Positions 60,231 to 64,000 of a stretch of DNA of 64,000 nt are shown here, piece after piece. The stretch spans positions 20,832,001 through 20,896,000 of the forward strand of contig OZ038378.1 in assembly GCA_964036045.1 (NCBI GenBank), given 5' to 3'. Within the stretch, counting starts at the first letter, position 1; each line of letters starts with the position of its first letter. The position numbers were made by a program, and so were the translations under genes. This stretch comes from Eutreptiella sp. 'Long Island Sound 2002'. Lineage: Eukaryota > Protista > Euglenida. The notes beneath the pieces were generated by a model, which had not been told where the DNA came from, made no database searches, and saw only the letters and a list, made by a program, of their open reading frames with translations.

Positions 60231-62417
60231 GGCTGTGCTTGCGCGCAACACGCGGTACCAAAAGAATGCATGTGCAGAAAATCTGCCTATACCTCAACCT
60301 AACCACAATTGTCGCAACAGGGCACCATAACACGATTTGCAGGCAAATTTCAGCATGTTCTGGAGGTCCTCACTGCCTATCAAGGGCATCAGGAGCTGTG
60401 GAAGCCCTTTCCGACCTTGCGCTTTGTGTTAAACAATTGCACATGCTTGCCCTATGGGGCAGGCTTTGGAGCAGGCTTGGCTTCAGGTTTTGGATTGGGT
60501 TTAGGCTTCCGATTCCTGGACATTGTTGTGCTGCCCAATGCACGCACTCCGGCCCAACGCCTGAAAAACAACTCATATGCCATATTGATGTACAGGGCCC
60601 TAAACAGACACCCGGCATCATCTCCATCACGACCTGACCCCCCGCTGTGGGTCACAGATGCTGGTGCATGGCTGTGCATCGCAAGGCACGAAGGGGCAGT
60701 GCAAAGCAAAAATCAAAAAGAAAAAAATCTTGACAGGGGCCTTTCGCTGTAGCAGACAGGCAAGGCATGAAATGCAGTGTGAGTACACCACCCTTTGGCC
60801 AAATCGCGTGGTTTTACAAGCTCCCCCGGCCCCACACACCGGGATCCTGGTGAATCATGTGTGCTCATCTCTACGGGAGTGCAGTCACAAGAGTATGTTA
60901 CACCGCACCTGTCAAGTCGAGGCACTGCTGCTTCAGCCCAACGCTATTGACGTTGGCACGACACAGAGGTCGCTTTATGCTACTCACTTCGGGTTAATGG
61001 TTCTTTACCGTGTGCACGGAAGGTGCTCTTTGGGTTACTGGCCCTTCTTTGTTGTGGTACCCACCACGCCGCACGTTCTCTCGCAAAACTTGTGGGATGA
61101 CAGAATGGGGAGCCACATGCACCACCGCCCACTTGTACTGCGACAGCCCAGAAAAGCAAAGACCGTTCGACCCCCCCCCCTCCCCATCCTGCAATGGCCT
61201 GCTGCACCACAACGCCCACTGCGGACCCACTGATCCACCGGGGGCCCCCTTATGCCCAATGCACAACCCACACATCGCCCCTCTGGACTTCTGTCCGTCA
61301 CTCCAGGCCCCAGGCGGTCACCCCTGTGACCTCTGGACCAGCTACTCATGTTCGCCGCCGGTCCGTGGCGTCCCCTGCGGCACATCTTTTCGTGGTTCAG
61401 GATCGGGTTTCATCGTGAAGCCACTCACACGTCCCATTGTGCAATGCGACGAGGGGATGCGGCTCCTACAGCCACCCACCGCCTGTGCCTCCAGGGGGCC
61501 CCGCAGGCTTGCACTTAAACGCCCCCCTCCCCCGCCCCCTTCTTTGGGGCGACGGCCAGCCCTTGCAATCGCCTGCAAACTCAGAGACACGAGCCCACGG
61601 TGCCAGAGGAGCATGGGGACGGCGGCACCCTGACTCAGCCCCACAGCAGCGGTGCGCAGTCTCAAAGAAGTGGGGCCGACCATGGATGGACCAGAATCCA
61701 CCTGCGTGTCGCTGTTTCCGGTCCCCGCGCAATCGGGGACCCACTCTTCCACTCTTGCGAGATAAGCACCGCCCACAGAGAGGAGAGGAGTGATGTGGTT
61801 CTCAAGGGGAAGTTGCTTTGTACTTTCACTGCGTCGCAGCCTGAAAATCGGGGTCCGGCATTTGCAGCAGTACAAAAGCCTTGCACTGCGTGCAAAAGCT
61901 CCCCCCAAAACCCGCCTGAAAACCCAAACCACTGCATACACCTGGAGGTACTGACCGGCACAGTTACTCAGCCTTTATGGAAGCCCCCCCCCCCTCCCCA
62001 ACATCGACCAGAACCTCCAGTCTGACGAATGTGCAACCACGTGGCGCATCCATTCATCTCGCTTGATCTACCGGGGGCTGACCCGTCCCAGATCATGAGC
62101 ATTTAATGAGGTGCAGCCTTCAAAAGAAGTGTCTGCTGGCTCAAGGGTGTGCCGGCGCCGGAGAGCGGATGCCCACCCAATGCAAACACCAAAGTTCCAA
62201 AAGCCAAGGCAACAACATTGTTCGAACAGAGCGATGTGTGCGCAAAAGGGGGAAGAGGTGGTTCAACAGCAGGTGACACAGCAGGTTGCAAGACCCGACA
62301 GACCTGTGGCTGCGGCACCTTGGCCCAACCCCAGCATGTGAGGGTGCCTTCGCAGTTGTACTTTGCGACGCAGTTGTCCGATGCCCCATGGAACACGCTC
62401 AGGCCGCGCGCCGACAC

Positions 62418-62523
62418 CTGAAGGTAATACTGGCATTGGGGATGCACACAGACTTGTGGATCTGCAATGGGGAACTTAATGGTCCGGACCTCCACCTTCG
62501 GGCGCTTGGGCATGGCTTCGGGC
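62418..62523 (-). CDS. Exon of host gene
   Basis: ctttgcag|G PEAMPKRPKVEVRTIKFPIADPQVCVHPQCQYYLQ|gtgtcg, with GC3-rich codons. Confidence 0.7.
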
Positions 62524-62984
62524 CTGCAAAGAAGACCCTGGAACAGTCACATGAGGAGACCATCCTGGAGAATCACATGACGAGCTGCAATCGTTCCCGC
62601 TCCTAATAACCTGCTGCAAGTGTTTGACTCAGCATCTTGGCCACCTCCCCTCCAACCAAGCCTACAAAGAAGACGATCGTGACCCCACCCGTGACGATTT
62701 GAGCACCAACCCAATAGGAATTACTAATTGATCAACGTGATATCCAAAGTTGCTGGTGGTTACATAAAAAGGGGGCATCCTTGCACTGCACGCGCACTGC
62801 ACGCTACTTTTAGACTAGGTTCTTCCTGAAGATCCCCCAGGCACACCCCTTCCAAACACCGTTGAATTTAGGTCATCCAAACTACCCTAGCTGAAGACAA
62901 ATACAAGCTACCTTCCTTACCATAAGACATCATGCACAATTAGAAAAGCCATGAACGGCAATGGTCACCACCCCAGGGTGTGGG

Positions 62985-63120
62985 AGAGATCAAAATGGCT
63001 ACATCACCCCTGCCTACTCAGGGTCCCCATGGTGCTGAGAGATCAATATGGCTACATCACCCCTGCTTTCTCGGGCTCCCCACGGTGGGGAGAGATCAAC
63101 CTAGAAAAGAGTGGATGTGG
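62985..63120 (+). repeat. ~60-bp satellite family shared with 480-850
   Basis: Two units of ATCAA.ATGGCTACATCACCCCTGC...CCCC. Confidence 0.75.
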
Positions 63121-64000
63121 TGGAGATGAGCAAAAAAGTGTGAAACAGGGTGGAAATGGGTGAAACTGGGAGAAAATCCAAAAATGCCACATCCCCAATG
63201 TGGAACAAGCATCAAAACCTACGCTCAAGCAACAATGATGCCCCTAGTATCACAAAGTATGGGTCTCTAGTACGGCCAGAAGCCCAAATAGTTGCACTGC
63301 GCGCGCATTGCGCAAAGTGCGCCCCCAAAAGGACCTGATGCAATGGGCAACATACTCGATGTATCATGTGATCACTGGTTGAGGTTGTTCTCCAAAATGC
63401 AAGCTACATTTTCTAAAGGGATAAATTGTTGTACTTATGTGTCCTCATATTCATTGCCTCAATGATTGCCTTTGACTCCTAAGAGGAAAATCTGAAAGTG
63501 AGGATGGGCTGAGAAGACACAGCAAGCACAAGCTCAGCCTTTGGTGAATCGAAAATCCCACTGCAACACCACAACGATTCTGGTGTTATTATCCTCATCA
63601 ACATCACTGGCTGTGCGAACAAATAATCACATGCCCAAGCAAACACCAGATCCTCTAAGAGAAGACTCGAATGCTCAAATGACTGCCTTTGTAATGTGTT
63701 GATGGTTAAGGTCATCACTGAAGCAAATCCGCTCCTATCTGGAAACACAAAGGTGAGGATTGATGCTTGAGCATGAGAAAAAAACATGTTTTTGAGCCGA
63801 AAGAGTAAGAACCCAGAGGGGAATCCTTGCAATCGCAGTTTTGTAATCTACTTTCCCAAATCAACCCCCCTTCCAAAAGCCACCCAAACTAGCCTCTGCA
63901 CAACCCAATTGTGCAATGTTGCTCTCTATTTTCCATGAGGCCAAGACACAACCAACAAAATAGGTACACCCCCCCTTGAAATCTCCCCCCACAGCGTGCG

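Overview
Eukaryotic, repeat-saturated genomic DNA, most likely from a euglenid. The evidence is a near-exact euglenid spliced-leader (SL) exon at 5687-5713, TTAGGG repeats, and dispersed repeats I associate with Eutreptiella-type assemblies; the organism call is inference. Most long ORFs in the track are artefacts of microsatellites and G/C homopolymers. Real content: (i) a large unidentified host gene on the minus strand, seen as many short GT-AG exons between about 62.5 kb and 18 kb, with introns full of microsatellites, SINE/MITE-like repeats and decayed retroelements (two RNase H-bearing non-LTR fragments and a possible Penelope-like fragment); (ii) a 7-copy composite satellite at 38.3-41.3 kb, made of 277-bp units separated by variable (GGT)n(GAGT)n tracts; (iii) a compositionally distinct island at about 5.3-16.4 kb, almost free of microsatellites. 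Read on the minus strand, the island holds a ~130-bp tandem array, a decayed ~570-codon frame with Fanzor/TnpB-like motif order (weak), and a decayed DIRS/Ngaro-type RT-RNaseH-tyrosine recombinase retrotransposon (moderate). The SL exon copy lies about 165 bp past the recombinase frame. The SL/retrotransposon junction and the Fanzor-like frame are the best leads. All protein assignments come from manual translation and motif recognition, with no database search. No rRNA, tRNA or CRISPR array was recognised.
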